From Basidiobolus meristosporus CBS 931.73 (lineage: Eukaryota > Fungi > Basidiobolomycota), in assembly GCA_002104905.1 (NCBI GenBank), contig MCFE01000816.1, positions 1 to 33,643 on the forward strand: a stretch of 33,643 nt of DNA. Reading direction: 5' to 3'. Numbering within the stretch: position 1 is the first letter of the stretch; the number at the start of each line of letters is the position of its first letter. The notes below the pieces were generated by a model, which was not told where the DNA came from, did no database searches, and saw only the letters and a program-made list of their open reading frames with translations. This document shows positions 1 to 14,190 of this stretch, in pieces. The position numbers were made by a program, and so were the translations under genes.

Positions 1-755
1 GCTCTATAATATGGCAAGTGCTCGTACCTGAGAAATCACCTGACCAAGAAGCCGATATTTCCACAGCCATCACACGTGATACGCGGCATGCAATTCTGGA
101 TAGCACCCGGTCGCACAACACACATGAACAGCCTCAGATTATAGGGGAAGGACGAGACTCTTGATTTGGGTTCAAGTTCAACCCATAATCTGATACTGTT
201 TATTGCATTTGCGAGGAAAATTAAGGTTGGTAGTGTAGGCCTTCATCGATGAATATGGCCAATATTACTCCAATTCTGACGTTCTATTCCAGAATAAAAG
301 CGACCGGAATATTATACATTAGGGAAGCCATCACCTTCCCCTCAAACAAAAGCCATATTTGTCAGGAGTTACACTTCTCGTTCCAATATTGGCAACTATG
401 CCTTGATACAGGTCAGTTTTTCCGGATCATTTATATCCAATGTATTGTGTTAATGTATTTAATTTTAGATCAGGCTATTGTTCACTGACCCTGGGATTGA
501 AACTTGGCTACTGTGTGGGATTTTCGAATGTCTATTCGTGTGCTTTTGATTTGTAATTTCAATTCAACTTGTTCATTTACATATCTCGAGACTCCCTTTC
601 TTCCAATCCCTCTTATCCATTTAACAGCGTAAATACAGCATACAGTCTATTATTGGTGTATCTACTTTCTGAAAGTCCCTATTGTTTCCTTTCGGACAGC
701 TCATCCTATTCAACTTGTTTGACACTCCACTTAGTATCGTTGCATTTCTAGAAGC

Positions 756-2936
756 ATGTCGCTTTTGAAATGGATTGGAATGGTAAGCCTCCAGGTTTTC
801 CCAAGTTTCAACAATTCCTAGCTCACACCGTAATCAAGGGGCAAACCAAAAATCCTTCTGCTGAAGGAGGATCTGCTGGCACTGAGCGTTACTTTGGCTT
901 CGAAAACGTAAGTACTGGTTGTGTTTGCTTTTTGTTACTTTACCAAATTCACTAAGCATTTTGCCGGTTTGACTAGTTTGGTAACACATGGTATGGAAAC
1001 TTCATGGATTATGATTTCTCTCTATATTGTCTGAAGCTAGGTTGATAGTTACTTGAATGCAGTTCTTCAAGCCCTATACTTCTGTCGACCTTTTCGAGAG
1101 TGTGTTCTAAATTATCCAAATGGCCCCATGGGTGTCCCGCCAACACCCATGCCACCTACACCGCACGAGTCAATCACACCGAATATGAGTGTCTCTTCCC
1201 TCAGCAGTGGTAAACGTCAGAATAGTAAAGAGATGGCCCAATCTGTAAATAGTACATCTGGGAGTAAGGAGAGAGCCAAGGTCGAGCTTGGCCAAATACC
1301 TAGTACGAATCCTGTGAGTAATGCTATGCCTATACCACCCAATTCGGCCCCCGAAGAAACCATAAGCTGCGTTCCTGGCATGGAGGAGTCTATCTTTACA
1401 GCAATGAAGGAGCTGTTTTGGAAAATCCAAAGCCAAAGGAAGAGAAACGGTGTGCTCGCTCCTAGCCAATTTATCACTAAACTACGAAAAGAAAATGGTA
1501 TGGAATTGGCTTTTCAGCAAGTAATCGATTTGAATTGTTTGTTCATTGCTTTGTCAGAAATTTATAGAAGCACTATGCATCAGGATGCTCATGAATTTTT
1601 AAACTACATCCTTAATACAATCGCCGAAGATGTTCAAGTCTACGAAAAAAATTATACAAACGAAGCTAGCCTTCGCGAAGGTCGTGGGTCTCAAAATTCA
1701 GGTAATTCCCCAGTCAGATTGGTTTCTAGCGGTGTTTGTCTAATATTCTCTAGATAAAACACCTTCACTGTCATCATCAAATAGCAGTGGTGCAGGAGAG
1801 AAGACCTGGGTACATCAACTATTTGAAGGCGAATTGACCAACGAGACTAAATGTTTAACATGCGAAACGGTATGACACAAAGCCTATTTCCGAAAGACCA
1901 CATTTATAATATGAGCACAGGTTACCAATCGTGAAGAGTCTTTTTTGGACCTCTCAATTGATATTGAAGAAAACTCATCAGTCACCAGTTGTCTACGCCA
2001 GTTTTCGGCTAGTGAGATGTTGTGCCACAAGAACAAGTTCTTTTGCGATATTTGTTGCAGTTTACAGGAGGCAGAAAAAAGGTGATTTTCTCATCTACTC
2101 ACATGCTATACTGCGCAGGCCAACAGGCACTCATCGTTTATTTTTTAGAATGAAAATCAAGAAACTCCCTAACATTCTTGCTCTGCATCTAAAACGATTC
2201 AAGTATCAGGAAAACATCGGGAAATTCGTGAAATTGTCCTACCGAGTGGCATTTCCGCTGGAACTTCGCTTGTTCAACACGGTACGAGCCATTTCCGTTC
2301 AAGCCTAGAAAGGCGTTAGTTAATAGAACGTTACAGAGCGACAAGGCGGAAGATCCGGATAGATTGTATTCCCTCTTTGCAGTAGTGGTGCATCTCGGAA
2401 GTGGACCTCATCATGGCCATTACATTTCTTTGATCAAGAGTATGGGAAATTGGCTGATATTTGATGATGATAGTGTTGAGGTAGGTATATCATGCTATTC
2501 TGACCCCATCTGAAGCGTGGCGATTAACCATTAATTGCTGCAACAGACGATAGATGAAAGTGATCTGCATAAATATTTTGGGAATCTACCTGGCTCGGGA
2601 TCGGGCTATGTTCTATTCTACGAAGCCCAGAATCTTGATATCACCGCTCTTGGCGTACCTTGCTTGTCAAGCAGCCCAACGGTTACGCAAAGCTCGTGGT
2701 CTCCAGAATTGGCAAATGGGATGGAACACTTTCGATTACAAAATCCCCCGAACCGACAGGAGGACCAGGCGGAAGATAAACCGGAGGATCCAAAGGAGAA
2801 GGAGGAGAGAAAGGAGCGAGAGAAAAATGAGAGAAAGCCTAGTTGGTTTTCTGGAAGAAGACTAGGAAAGAAAGAGAAGAAAAGCAACGAAGATGTGTCC
2901 TCGGACCTGGGAGCCAAATTAAAGCTGGGGAAGTAG
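756..2936 (+). CDS. Ubiquitin carboxyl-terminal hydrolase, USP12/USP46 (fungal CreB/Ubp9/Ubp13-like) family, multi-exon
   Basis: Splicing at 783-838, 908-976, 991-1048 and 1498-1557 restores the Cys box [25 protein letters not shown] and [12 protein letters not shown]. The His box [19 protein letters not shown] and FDDDSVE lie at ~2380-2480. Stop TAG at 2934-2936. The start is either 756 (MSLLKWIGM then an intron) or 770. Confidence 0.93.
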
Positions 2937-4459
2937 TCTCGTTTTTAGTGTGATTCGGTCAACCTTGTTTATTGGCAGTCACTCTTCTCACCTGATAATC
3001 ACCTTCCGTAATGTTGTTTGTGCAACAATTTTTGGCTCGGTTCCGTATTCTCTCAATCCTCTTTACCATTCCAATGTCTCCTGCATCCCTTCAAGATGTG
3101 CGGATTTTTTCAATTACCATGCCATCACTCATAAAGAACTAGTATTGCTCAGACACATCCCTTTAATGCATATGATATAGTATATACCCACACTCGCCCC
3201 TTAGAACGAGCGCCAGCATTAAAGTCAACTAACAATAGTGGTGACCAAAAGCAGCCACCCCACCTCACCGCCGACAAGCAGCAAGTCCAAGCCTTCTGGA
3301 AATGTGCACTGAGGTGATGGGCCATCCAGTACTTGCTTAGCTCTGTGCCAAAGTGATATTAATGGATTTGACATTTAGTTTCACCACTTCCCACGATATA
3401 CGCGATACGAAACAACCGATCAAGTCTCAGAAATCCCCACCCGAGGTTCTTATAACTAGTACCCCACAACCCTAAACCACAGTCTTTAGAATGAGCCCGA
3501 TAGCGATTATTTAAAACATCCCGACATCTATATTTCTTTGGTGTATTCTTAATCAACGCCGTATCTTAGCCAAACTTATGTATATCAACGGTATCCAATA
3601 TATCTCTTCTATTCCTAAAAATCCTCTTGACCTTGCAAGTTCGGGACAACCGTTGCTGGTTGGACACGCTAGAGCGACAGGACATGGTGGTTGACCGGTT
3701 CGTGTTGCCTACTCGGGCCTATATAGCTGCGACTTCGGAGTATCGAAGATATTCACGTTAGCCATTGGGTTGGTTCTCTGGTTAGTGACCCCGCTCCTTA
3801 CAAAATGGGTGTCCAGCGTAGTGTTCATGCCTAGCCACATTGATGGGCTGGAGTGTATGAGACCGGGAATGCTGTTGCCATCCGTTCTATCTCATCCAGG
3901 GATCATCACTACGTCACTCTGGCTGCCTAGCAGAGTTATCAGTTCTGCGTGCGGTTTATCGTGCCTTCCCAGTAGTTTCAAAAAAAGACGGATTGGTAAA
4001 CAACAAAGAAGCTAAACGTGTTTAAGAAAGGCTGGTGTGAGTTCTGATTGGGCCCAGCTCCGCTGTAAGGTTGAATTGTATTCATGCACCAAGGGTGAGC
4101 AGTGGCCAGATTACCAGTGATCATTGACATAGTGTCATCCAATAGCCAACTCTAGATTGGTGATTGTGTTTGATGTGGGAAATATAAATAAGCATTCAAA
4201 TGCCCAAAATTCTCGTGATACTTGTTGAATTTGCTCCAATAATAAATGAAGGAGTGTCGCTACTGAAGTATGTAATGATTCACTCACTCAGTTCACAATC
4301 CATTTGGGCAGCGGCGACACATGAGGGTTTCCTATTTAATCCGAGAATATAAAAGGTGTTTCGAGGGGATTCATCACACCTCAAGATTTACGTGAACAAC
4401 GTAGTTTTGTTTTTTCCTTAACTGCATAAACATTAGAATACCGAAAGTATTACATTCGG

Positions 4460-5327
4460 ATGGAGCAAGTTAAACGCACCACTTCTCAGTTGGAGGATCT
4501 TATCGCAGGTATTGCTGCCCCTATCAAGCCGTACATCCCCATTATCGCTCGGTTTCTCCTAGTGGTTACTTTCCTGGAGGACTCCATTCGTATCATATTT
4601 CAATGGTCTGACCAGCTTCGTTATCTTGAAAAATACCGTGGGTTTTACTGGGGCTTTAGCCATTTCTTCTTAGCGTTCAATGTTTTGGTAGGTTTCGGAG
4701 CTTTGAAAAACATCTGATCACAACTAACCCAGCTTATAGACTATGTTCATTGGCTCTTTTATGGCCATCACTAAGAAACACACCCAGTATGCAGTCATCG
4801 GGCTTTTCTGCGTCATTGTTTCTCAGACCCTTGGATACGGCCTTTTATTCGATTTCAAGTTCTTCCTTCGCAACCTTTCGTTGATTGGTGGCCTTTTGAT
4901 GCTCCTCGCCGATGTGCTTCACAAGAGACAGACCGTCTTTGCCGGGCTGCCAAGTGTCTCTGAAATCGATAAATCCACATATTTCCAACTTGCCGGAAGA
5001 ATCCTACTGATCTTCCTTTTCATGTCCTTCGTTTTTGCCGGGGAAATGACTCCACTCCGAATCTTTTCCTCCATTGTTGGATTTATCGCCTGTATCATGG
5101 TGGTGGTAGGATTCAAGGCGAAGTGGTCCGCTTTGTTCCTCGTACTCTTCCTTTCGATCTTCAACGTGATTATCAACAACTGGTGGTCTATTCATCATGC
5201 TCATCCCAGCAGAGATTTTGTTAAGTATGACTTTTTCCAGACTTTGAGCGTCATGGGCGGGCTGATGCTGTTAGTAAGTATGGGCCCTGGTGGTCTCTCG
5301 GTTGACGAGAAGAAAAAAATGATCTGA
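4460..5327 (+). CDS. ERV29: Surf4/Erv29 ER cargo receptor
   Basis: ARFLLVVTFLEDSIRI, FFLRNLSLIGGLLMLLA and YDFFQTLSVMGGL blocks; multiple transmembrane segments; C-terminal dilysine signal GGLSVDEKKKMI; one intron at 4688-4739. Confidence 0.95.
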
Positions 5328-6954
5328 TTCCAGAGTAGGCAAAAAAATATCGTATTGACGACTGCAAGATAAACATTCAAGCAAACCATCCTACCACCCG
5401 TTCATAGCGTGCATCACGTTTCATCTTTCAGTTTTTTGCGTAGTTCCAGTCCTACAAAAGCGTAAGCATTCTTGAATAATGCACCTACTGAGTCTGGCTG
5501 TTTGAATTACAAGCGTAGCGAATAACTTGCAATATGCCATGTGTAAATCAAGTACTACATTAGAGTAAATCCTAAGCAATGCTAGAGTCTATCTGAGTGT
5601 AAGCATGGTTGAGAATTGGACCCAAAATCCCGGAAGCTCACAGATTAGATAGGAACCAAGCAACCCGGTATGTGCTATCAGTCCAGTGTGGACCACTAAG
5701 CGTCCCATTTGGGCTACCACGGCACTACAGAAGGCTGAACTTTTACATGCACATGAATGTATTAGCCGAGATTTTCTATCTCCAAAAATTACAAATCGAG
5801 TGCCTTTACTGGTCATTGTATGTAAGCGAAAGGGACGATCATGACCATGCCAGCTGAGAAATCCCTGTAGCCATGGCCCTAGACCTTGTATAATGCCTCC
5901 CTCGCGGACCTTTTCACATGAAAATCATGAGTTTGATTTGGCGTATCGCACAAATAGCCTTAATCATGTACTTACACCTCAAGTTCGGCCATTCACCAAC
6001 GTGCTTCACATGTATATGGCCAGCTATTACACCTATCCTTGGTCAGCATTGTTAGTCAAGCAACTGCTGAAATTTCGTAGTAGCACAGCCTTTGGATGAA
6101 GTGGTTGATTTCAGAGTTTATTACACCCAATGAATCAGGGCTCTCGAGGCATACATCTAAGCAGGTTTTCCTTATACAGAATGTGCAGCCCACCATGCCG
6201 GCCTTCAGCTCATTCAGCATGGGCAATATACCGTTTTCTCTGCCGACAACAAACCTGAATCCCGAGTAAATTTGCATATAAATTCGAAGCACCAAGATGA
6301 CTGCCATATTCATGAATCATTATAAGAACTAGCTCCGCCTGAATGCTCTGATCAGCTTCCCACACCTCCACCTACCAACTTGCCTGGTCCGATACCTCCA
6401 CATTATACTCACAGCTTCTCTTGAGCTACCCAGGTTCTATCACACATGGATGAATTGAACCATCCCACCTCATCTACAGTAGGTTGGTCTCTCTTGATTT
6501 CATGTTCTCGAGTCGCTGATGGGGAATGCATCCGGACTGTATTACGATTCGAGTATGCGCTGACTCCTCGCAGTGGCATCTAGATTAGAGTCCTTAAACT
6601 GGTTTTTAGCCCGCCCATCACACCATCACACCGTCTAACCCTTTCCTATCCATCAGAGACCAATACTAGGAATACAATCGCCTCGATTTCCGGCATTTCA
6701 GACTACGGGAGCCAGGAGCTGTCCAACTCTCGAGAAACTGAACAATCCGGTGCATTGGGCGTGAGAGCAATGATCGGCCCGTCCGATACCCCCTATTCTG
6801 ACTTGTCGGTAACTAGTCATCAGCCTCCGTATCATGCGCTAGGTAATGGATGTGCAAGGACAATAACACTCCCCCTTACTCCTCCCAGACAATCCCAATC
6901 TGGTCACCTCGCTATTTCAAGAATTCCCGATTTTTTTAGCAGTTAACTTCAAGA

Positions 6955-7793
6955 ATGCTCATTAAATGTCTTTTCCATCCCATAGATCCTGACGATACAC
7001 ACCAAATACGGTATTCAGTTACTCATGAACTGATGGACTGGCAATCCCCTCACCTCTTTAGATCAACGGAGCCATCCTATTTCGGGGCATTGGAGTTGTT
7101 GGGGTCAAATCTAGAAGACCCCACCGCAGATTCCCTTCTAAGTTTCCACCATACTAGTGCACGAACACCACCTCACATAGAGCGTCCATCGTCCGCCATG
7201 GATCAAGTGGAAAGTCACCGGCCTACAGGTATTTGTATCTCTCCAGCTTTCCGCGGATGCTGGCAACTTAGCCCACCCATTTGTCCCAAAGGTTTGGCCC
7301 GACGGTACTCTGTGGCAAGCGAGACGGAAGAGGCCCTGGTTAAAGCAGAGCTGACCACCCAACCCATTCATATCCAGCGACGGGCTAGTACCAGCTCAGC
7401 ATCCTCCAGTTCCATGGCTGCCCCTTGTGTACCCCATCAAGATAGCCCAGGGAAAGGTAGAGGTGGCTTCGGCCGGGGGAAGCGAGCCAAGTGCGAGCTG
7501 CTTACTGAGAAAGAAAAAAGAGCTAATCATATAGCCTCGGAGCAAAAGCGTCGACAGAACATACGTGTAGGCTTCGAGCGTTTGGTCGAAATTGTGCCCA
7601 CACTAAGCCACAGCCACAGATCAGAGTCGGTCATACTCCAGAAATGTAGGTGTAACGAACGCCGGCTTCTGCGATGAACGCCTCACTCATATTCTTCGAT
7701 TCAGCTGTCGAGTATATACATCAGCTGTTGAACACTAGACAGCAGTTGAAACAACGTGTGCAGAATTTGCAGTGGCTACTCGGCGAGACGTAA
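6955..7793 (+). CDS. bHLH(-zip) transcription factor, Mlx/Ino4-like; 5' end uncertain
   Basis: EKRANHIASEQKRRQNIRVGFERLVEIVP (basic region and helix 1). Intron 7646-7704 joins this to SVEYIHQLLNTRQQLKQRVQNL (helix 2 and zipper). Upstream exons were not resolved and the 3' end may be spliced further. Confidence 0.8.
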
Positions 7794-8563
7794 CTCTCTA
7801 CCTTCTACACCAACTGCTCTGTATCCCAAGACTTACCTCTCTTTCTAAATACAAGGAACGACAGTCTGGATGATTATGGAGTTGGTATCTCATATAATAT
7901 TGTGACTTTATACGATCTAAATTATTCTCTACCGCACCTATGCTCGCCCTAGTCTACAGATGATGAGGACCACCACCGACCGCAATAGAACCATATCAGA
8001 GCGGCCAGGAGGTGAAGATGGAGAGCTGCTTGGCTATAGTACCCCAAGCGTACTGAGAGCCTAGAGAACTGTGTTACTGTAAATAGATTGATCCAGCAAC
8101 CCTCTGGATCGCTGGCCAATGGGGTTTCGGATGGGCCATCTCAAATATTCGTGATTTCAATAAACCCGTCTACTCTACAGGACATTCCGAATTCCAGAAA
8201 CACCCTCACTTACAGCAGTTTGAGGGATCACTCACATCTCAACCGGTCCAAATGGGCTCTCAGATATACTCCACTAGTGTCACCCGTCTCCCTCCAATTG
8301 GATGGCATCGAGGATATCTGTTGGAGGGCTAGCATGAATTTGCGTAACCCCTTGGAATACCATATTAGGCAACGGTCGGGAAAAGAATTCATGTGCCTGG
8401 CAAGCATTCTACCCTGCAAGTTGCCACCGCGATAAAATTAGTTAATCCCATCTGCTCGAGGAGTTCGCATAATATCGGGATCCTCGGGATTTGTTGATCC
8501 CGTTGAGCCACGGAGAAACGGATTTATTAAATGATCATTATTCCAAAAAAGGTTCGGACTAGT

Positions 8564-9004
8564 TTACAATACAAGCTTCAAGCAGCTGTAGACTATGGTG
8601 AGGAGCATAGTCAAGAGGGAGATGTTGAAGAGGATGGCGCCGGCGCGACGTCCTTCAGGACCACTGGCACGATATCCGTTGGCGTACAGCTGGCGACCAG
8701 CAATGTACACGAATCCAAGGAACCCGGCAAACTTGGGACAGAAGAGACCGGTAAGAAGGACGAAGATTTGTGCGGAGGAGATTTGCTCCACATAGTTTTG
8801 GTGGGATCTTTGAACATTGTTGAAGGCCACCCAGTCTTCGTCATTTAGCTTGGCAGCGAATCGACCACTACCCATGTCGGGGTAGTCAACCTTGTACTTC
8901 TTTCTGGCTGCCCCCACGCCGGCGCCGATAGCAACAAGCTGGAAGCCCATGGCGGCGGCGGCAAGAATGGGCCAGGCAAATTCGGGTGATAGAGTAATCG
9001 ACAT
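8564..9004 (-). CDS. MGST3: MAPEG family membrane protein (microsomal glutathione S-transferase 3-like)
   Basis: 146-aa ORF with VGAARKKYKVDYPDM, FNNVQRSHQNYVE and GRQLYANGY motifs and four hydrophobic segments. Confidence 0.92.
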   Translation of the reverse strand: MSITLSPEFAWPILAAAAMGFQLVAIGAGVGAARKKYKVDYPDMGSGRFAAKLNDEDWVAFNNVQRSHQNYVEQISSAQIFVLLTGLFCPKFAGFLGFVYIAGRQLYANGYRASGPEGRRAGAILFNISLLTMLLTIVYSCLKLVL

Positions 9005-10153
9005 ATTTCACTATGTATTCTTGAAGACAACGGTTAATATTTCCATCCTTCGGGGGAAAGCCTTTTTATACGATCTGTTTCGTAATTTGGCGCCATGTCG
9101 CGAGGAACATTCTCGGTCAATCTCGCTTGCTAGATCACATTTGTCAGCAATCAAAATCGGCCTTATTTGACCATTTTACTTGGCCACTGTCGTTTGTAGG
9201 AAGCTCCATTCTGATTAGGCGAATTTGCCAATTTCGCCACCCAGAGATTGCTACGGAATCACGTGACGTAAGGGACCGAAACCCCCTGGTTCGCGAAATG
9301 TACATGTTAATCGAAGGCTAGGAAGATAGAGCGCTGGCCTGGTAGGATAATGATAAAAACAACCAAGTCAAGGCGGGAGGCAGTTGCGGAGCATCAATTG
9401 CAAAGGCTAAATTTGGTATGTTGGGCATCTTTCCATTGAGTCGGGCGATTTCTGATCCCATGAGTAGGGTGGCAGGGCTCCATGTTTTGTGCTGCATACG
9501 TGCAGTTGACAGGGCTGCGGATCTAGAGGCCAGGGTAGTGTGAGGGCTGACAGGTGAGATCTTGCCAACCCTGCTGGTGCGAAATGAGGTGGCGACATAT
9601 ACCATACGTTTCATACGCACATGATTTTTGCAATAATACATCATACGTACCATTTTCTTCGAAGCTCATGGCTCAGAGGAAGTCCTTCGAATGCCGTACT
9701 AATCAAGCTGCATTTAGATGTTATCTCCAAGCTTCGCAGCCATCATACCGGAGTTGTGATCCATCCCCCGGTGCTCAATTCAGCACTGTAAATGGCAGCC
9801 ATCACTGGAAATTCCCTGGGATGCATCGCAATGTGGAGTCACGCGACATGCATACTTCCGAATTGAGGAAAGGCATCCCATCCAGCACCTGGGTACACTC
9901 CAGAGAAGGGTTGATAAACCAGCGATTATCCAATCAAGGCTATCAAAGGGATCTTTTTTATGATAGAGCAACAAAGGCCACGGCGACGACTCCAACGATA
10001 GCATGCAGGTTGGGATTATTCGAGTTCTCAGTTCGTAGATTCAACACTGTTGGTAAGTTTATTGGTGCTCATCCTTTCGACTTTAGCTAACTTCTGGGGT
10101 TTGGCCCATGTTACAGCAGATGGAGGGTGGGATGGGGATGAAGAAAATCACTC

Positions 10154-11415
10154 TTAATTGGACTTGGCAAAGCCAACCCTGTGCTTACCAAGATCGTAAA
10201 TAGTATAGTAGGCCCTAAGAAATACATCACCAACGATCCAGAGTGGTCCGGCGGGGGCTGGGATGTCCATGCCCATGAAGCCAGAGACGCATTGGTTTTG
10301 AACTTTCAGAATGTACTGATCAGCAGAGAGTGTGAATGGTTTGCCACCAAATGTAAGCGTTAGGCTAGGCAAACTTGGGATTTTGCTACAATCCAATGTA
10401 TATTGGCCAGCGAAGTTCTTTTTGGCACCGAGCAGACTATTGATCAGCTCAGCCAAAGCAGAGGGAACCACCAGCAAAGAACTTCCGGTATCGATGGCTG
10501 CTCCAACGGGATCTAAGCCGATGTCATCATCGCCGAAAGCAGCAGCCTCAAGCTCCACCTCCCAGTAGCCCTTGCGAGTGACAGGCACCCAGTGGATCTT
10601 ACCGGAATAATGAGAGGGATTATAGCCACCGAGGACAAGCTCTCCTCCCTCATCTCCGGCCTCCGCGTTGTTCAGCCAGAAAGAAAAGATCGGTTTTTCG
10701 ATCAAGCGTTTGTCGACCATGTGGTAGAAGGGCGGGACAACACCCTTGACGGAGATTGTATCATAGCCCATTCCCATGATGCCGTCAAATCGGCCAAAAG
10801 CAAAAGCAAGACCTGGCTCTTTGACTGACTCGCCAAAATCGCATCGATCTATGGTGACATCGCCAACCCGGACGACGTCGTTGCTAATGATGCCTTCCAA
10901 ACTTCCGCTTCCGTAACGAATCGCAAACTGGGTCCCGTTTGCTTTGTAAGTGGAGCTTTGCTGGGAATTGAACCGAGTGTGGAAGAAACAGGCGATAGAT
11001 GTGCAGTGTGTCGAGGGCACCCACAGATTGGACGATCCAGTGTCAAAGACCACCTTGAAGGTTTGAGCCGGTGTCCCTATGCTAACTTCTCCGAAATATT
11101 GAGCATTCATGAAGTTGGAGATCGGGACTCCGTGCTTGGCTTTTCCGTGTTCATCGACTGGGATCAAAGACTGTTCACTCCGCTGACTGACCACTCCGAA
11201 GTATTTCTGGGCGGCGTAGTGTCCGGTTTGGGCATACCTGGTGAGTTTCTGCGCGGGACTTTCGTCCACCTTGTGAATCTTAACGCTGCAATGGAGTTAG
11301 ATGCTGGGGGAGGAGCGAGTGGAGGTGTGGCGGCGAATACTTACGTAGAAAATGCTGCAGCATGCTCGAGGGCAAGAAGCACAACAAAAAGAGATTTAAG
11401 GGCCAGCGATTTCAT
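10154..11415 (-). CDS. PEP4: Vacuolar aspartic protease (proteinase A / cathepsin D-like, family A1)
   Basis: Two catalytic DTG motifs (VVFDTGSSNLWVPS, AAIDTGSSLLVVP), NFMNAQYFGEVSIGTP and WIVGDVFLRAYY. The signal-peptide exon starts at ATG 11415; intron 11286-11344 has a CTAAC branch point. Confidence 0.96.
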
Positions 11416-13273
11416 TTGCAACTGAAAAATAGAGCAAGCTGGCGGAATGCAATGCGACATCACAGCGGGATTCCCAGGGTTTATATGGGAAATCTGGACG
11501 GTTGCGATCGCGCCAATGCAATGGGGTTGACAATATACTATTGTTAGAGCATGAAGTACTTCAGTAATCATGATCAAATAGCGACGCTTGCGAGCTCCTC
11601 TTCGCTGAGTATTCCACGAATAAGATCCCACCCCTTGCTCAGCTGGTCTTGATTGCGGTTGAACTACACGAGCTGAGCTGTAATCACCGGACTGAATTAT
11701 GAGGATCATAGCTGTTCATGATGTCCCCACACACAACATGGAAAGCGCGGCCACCAGTGCCTAGGTCTGAACACTGCGTGAATGAAGTAGCGGGAGAGTT
11801 CGTCGTGCTCAGCGGCATACATTCAGGACACACGAAGCCTCCTTACCAAACCCACGGACATGGGGGTTATTCGATCAGCGATAAGCCACCATAGGTGGTC
11901 GTTTGATGACATTGCCATCCGGCATAATTGGCCATTTTTGTGTTGACGATTGGCATAATCAATCAACTCACGGCATGAAATCCAGCCCCTCTGGAATAGC
12001 TCATTGCCTGGCAAATGTAGGGGCCTGTTATTTTGGGGATTATGAAGGTTGGCATTGGATATGTTTGGTATACCAATGGTTTCATAACCTATTCGGAGTA
12101 TACGCGTCATGTGAGACAGCCAGGTAGAGGGAGGGCGTGGTTGATGCAGCCCTAATCCAGGAAACACCGTCACTCCTGGTTGATCTCAAGTTTGCGACTA
12201 TTTGTTCATGGGTTGGCGCATTCATTCACCACCCATCATTACATAGGGCGTCTCGATATCTTTATTCCTGACAAAAGCAACTATTGGTGGGTATTGCGAA
12301 TAACCTCTAGCATACAATAATCAGCTCCTTGTAGAGCACAAGGCTTGAAGTGGGAAATAATAAAAGTGATTCCAGAGGGTGTAGATTAGAGCTCTGCCAC
12401 GGCAGCCCTTTTTTGTTGAAGCTGTTGGCTGTATACTATACTGGCCCCTTTTCTTCCTAATGAACGTGGGGACGCCAGGTCAGATGTTGTTTCGCATTTG
12501 GGATTCACAAAGACGAGCCCTCAGGCCCATAGGTACCATGCGTAATACACTGAAGGTTCAACTAGTAGTGCCCTGGTGCTATATGTCACAGCTCCTTGTG
12601 CGCTACCAAAGACCCGATACTTCTTCAGCCTAAATCTGATTTTTAAAGGCATACAGAGATAACTGTACAAGTTTGACAACACGGTTCTTTTGTGCTTGCC
12701 GTACGTTATGGCAGTGCACATCCACTCGTGGCCTGTATAGTGGAATCATTTGATGCTTTGCGATGATGCTCCCTCGTGTAATCCCCACCAAAGAGCCATG
12801 GGCCGTGCTGGGTGGATTTCTCCATGTCCCTCAATGCAAAAGTGGTGCTAGGGAACGTTTACACAATCGGCCTGATCTTTGAGGCCATGGGCACTTCTAT
12901 CATATCACTGGATCATCACGTTGCACAGCCTAGGTTCGATTAGCCTTCTGATACTTCCACTTCCCCTTGTGGCCATCCAAACCATTATGTGTACTCTTAA
13001 TGTGTCGATTGTTCCGGTATCCATAGAAAATATCGAGCTTCTGCATAATGATGCCGAAGAAAAGGGGTTAGGGAAACCTGTCACTTAAATGTCAAAATGA
13101 ATTTGGCTTTCGGTTAATTTACCTACGATTCATTGCCTATTCGTGATTATGCCCTGTATTGTCTAAAAGATAGCCCAATAATACGATTGCCTAGTACCTG
13201 AATTATATCAAAATTCCATCCTGCACTTTGCTCTCAACACAGGTACAGTCGTTCTGATAGCTTGAGGTGAACC

Positions 13274-13804
13274 ATGAACTGCTTCAGAATTAGAGCAATC
13301 TCCTCTGTAAAGAGTATATCACGCAGCGGTAAGCGCACTACTTGAACCTTCCTCTCGTTCGCCTGCTAATAACTCTCGCCAAACAGCTACCACCAAGGGC
13401 TTCTCTTCCTCTAGTGCAGGTAGATTTTTGAGCGAGATTACCCTTCCTTTGTTGCAGAAACCTCTAAACTTCCTCTCTCTTGAACAGCACATAAGCAGTA
13501 CCTGGTCATTGCTAAAGATTTCATTGATGCAGAGGCCATCTCTCGACGCCTGGCCACTCGAGAGGTGCATTTAGACCGCTGCAGAGAGTTGTATAAACAG
13601 AATAAAATACTGGTGGTGGGAGCCCTACGCTCTGATGATAGCGACTACGGAAAGATGTTGGGTTCGTGTCATATTTACGAGGCGAAGAATGTAGAGGAAG
13701 TCAAAAAGATCATTAGCCAAGACCCTTACATTGATGCCAGGGTCTGGGAAGATGTAAAGATAATTCCGCTCAAATTGGTCGACCTTTCTGAGGATGCTCA
13801 ATGA
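13274..13804 (+). CDS. YciI (YCII-related) domain protein with probable mitochondrial presequence
   Basis: Exons 13274-13328, 13387-13419 and 13488-13804 splice in phase to MNCFRIRAISSVKSISRSATTKGFSSSSAAHKQYLVIAKDF...REVHL...SQDPYIDARVW, carrying the YciI His and DPY motifs. Confidence 0.85.
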
Positions 13805-14190
13805 TACGTAGACGATGTTGGCTTGATCACCCATACCGCAGGTGAGTTTATCTTACGTTTACCTAGTCTCATGGAATACCTTGCAAGCCGTGCTGAACAA
13901 GTCCGATTTTGAATAGTCCTTGTATTTTTCACTAGACTTGGGCCATTTATTCTACACGACATATCCGGGAGATGGCAGTATACCTTACTCAATGAACATG
14001 TTTCTCCCTCCCTTCCAACGCCTTCGGAGAATAAACTTTCTATACCACATCACCGTATCATCATATCATCCAGCGTCTGCTGGCAAGTGGGATGGGCAGA
14101 TGAATCAGGTGAGGTCAGTGTGCGACAACGGTATTTATTTAAAAAGAGTGGCCAGGGTGGCTTGGTATACCACAGCAGAGCCAGGGAACT

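Noticed and set aside
3200-4400. Short ORFs between the USP and Surf4 genes (3359-3556, 3770-4015)
   Set aside because: No domain similarity or convincing splice pattern; treated as intergenic.
9259-9271. TCACGTGA E-box with overlapping TGACGTAA upstream of the MAPEG gene, near a bHLH gene
   Set aside because: A single short motif could arise by chance, and there is no conservation or binding evidence.
11580-13070. Possible decayed minus-strand gene between PEP4 and the YciI pair
   Set aside because: Short protein-like stretches occur in several frames, but there is no recognisable motif or consistent exon chain.
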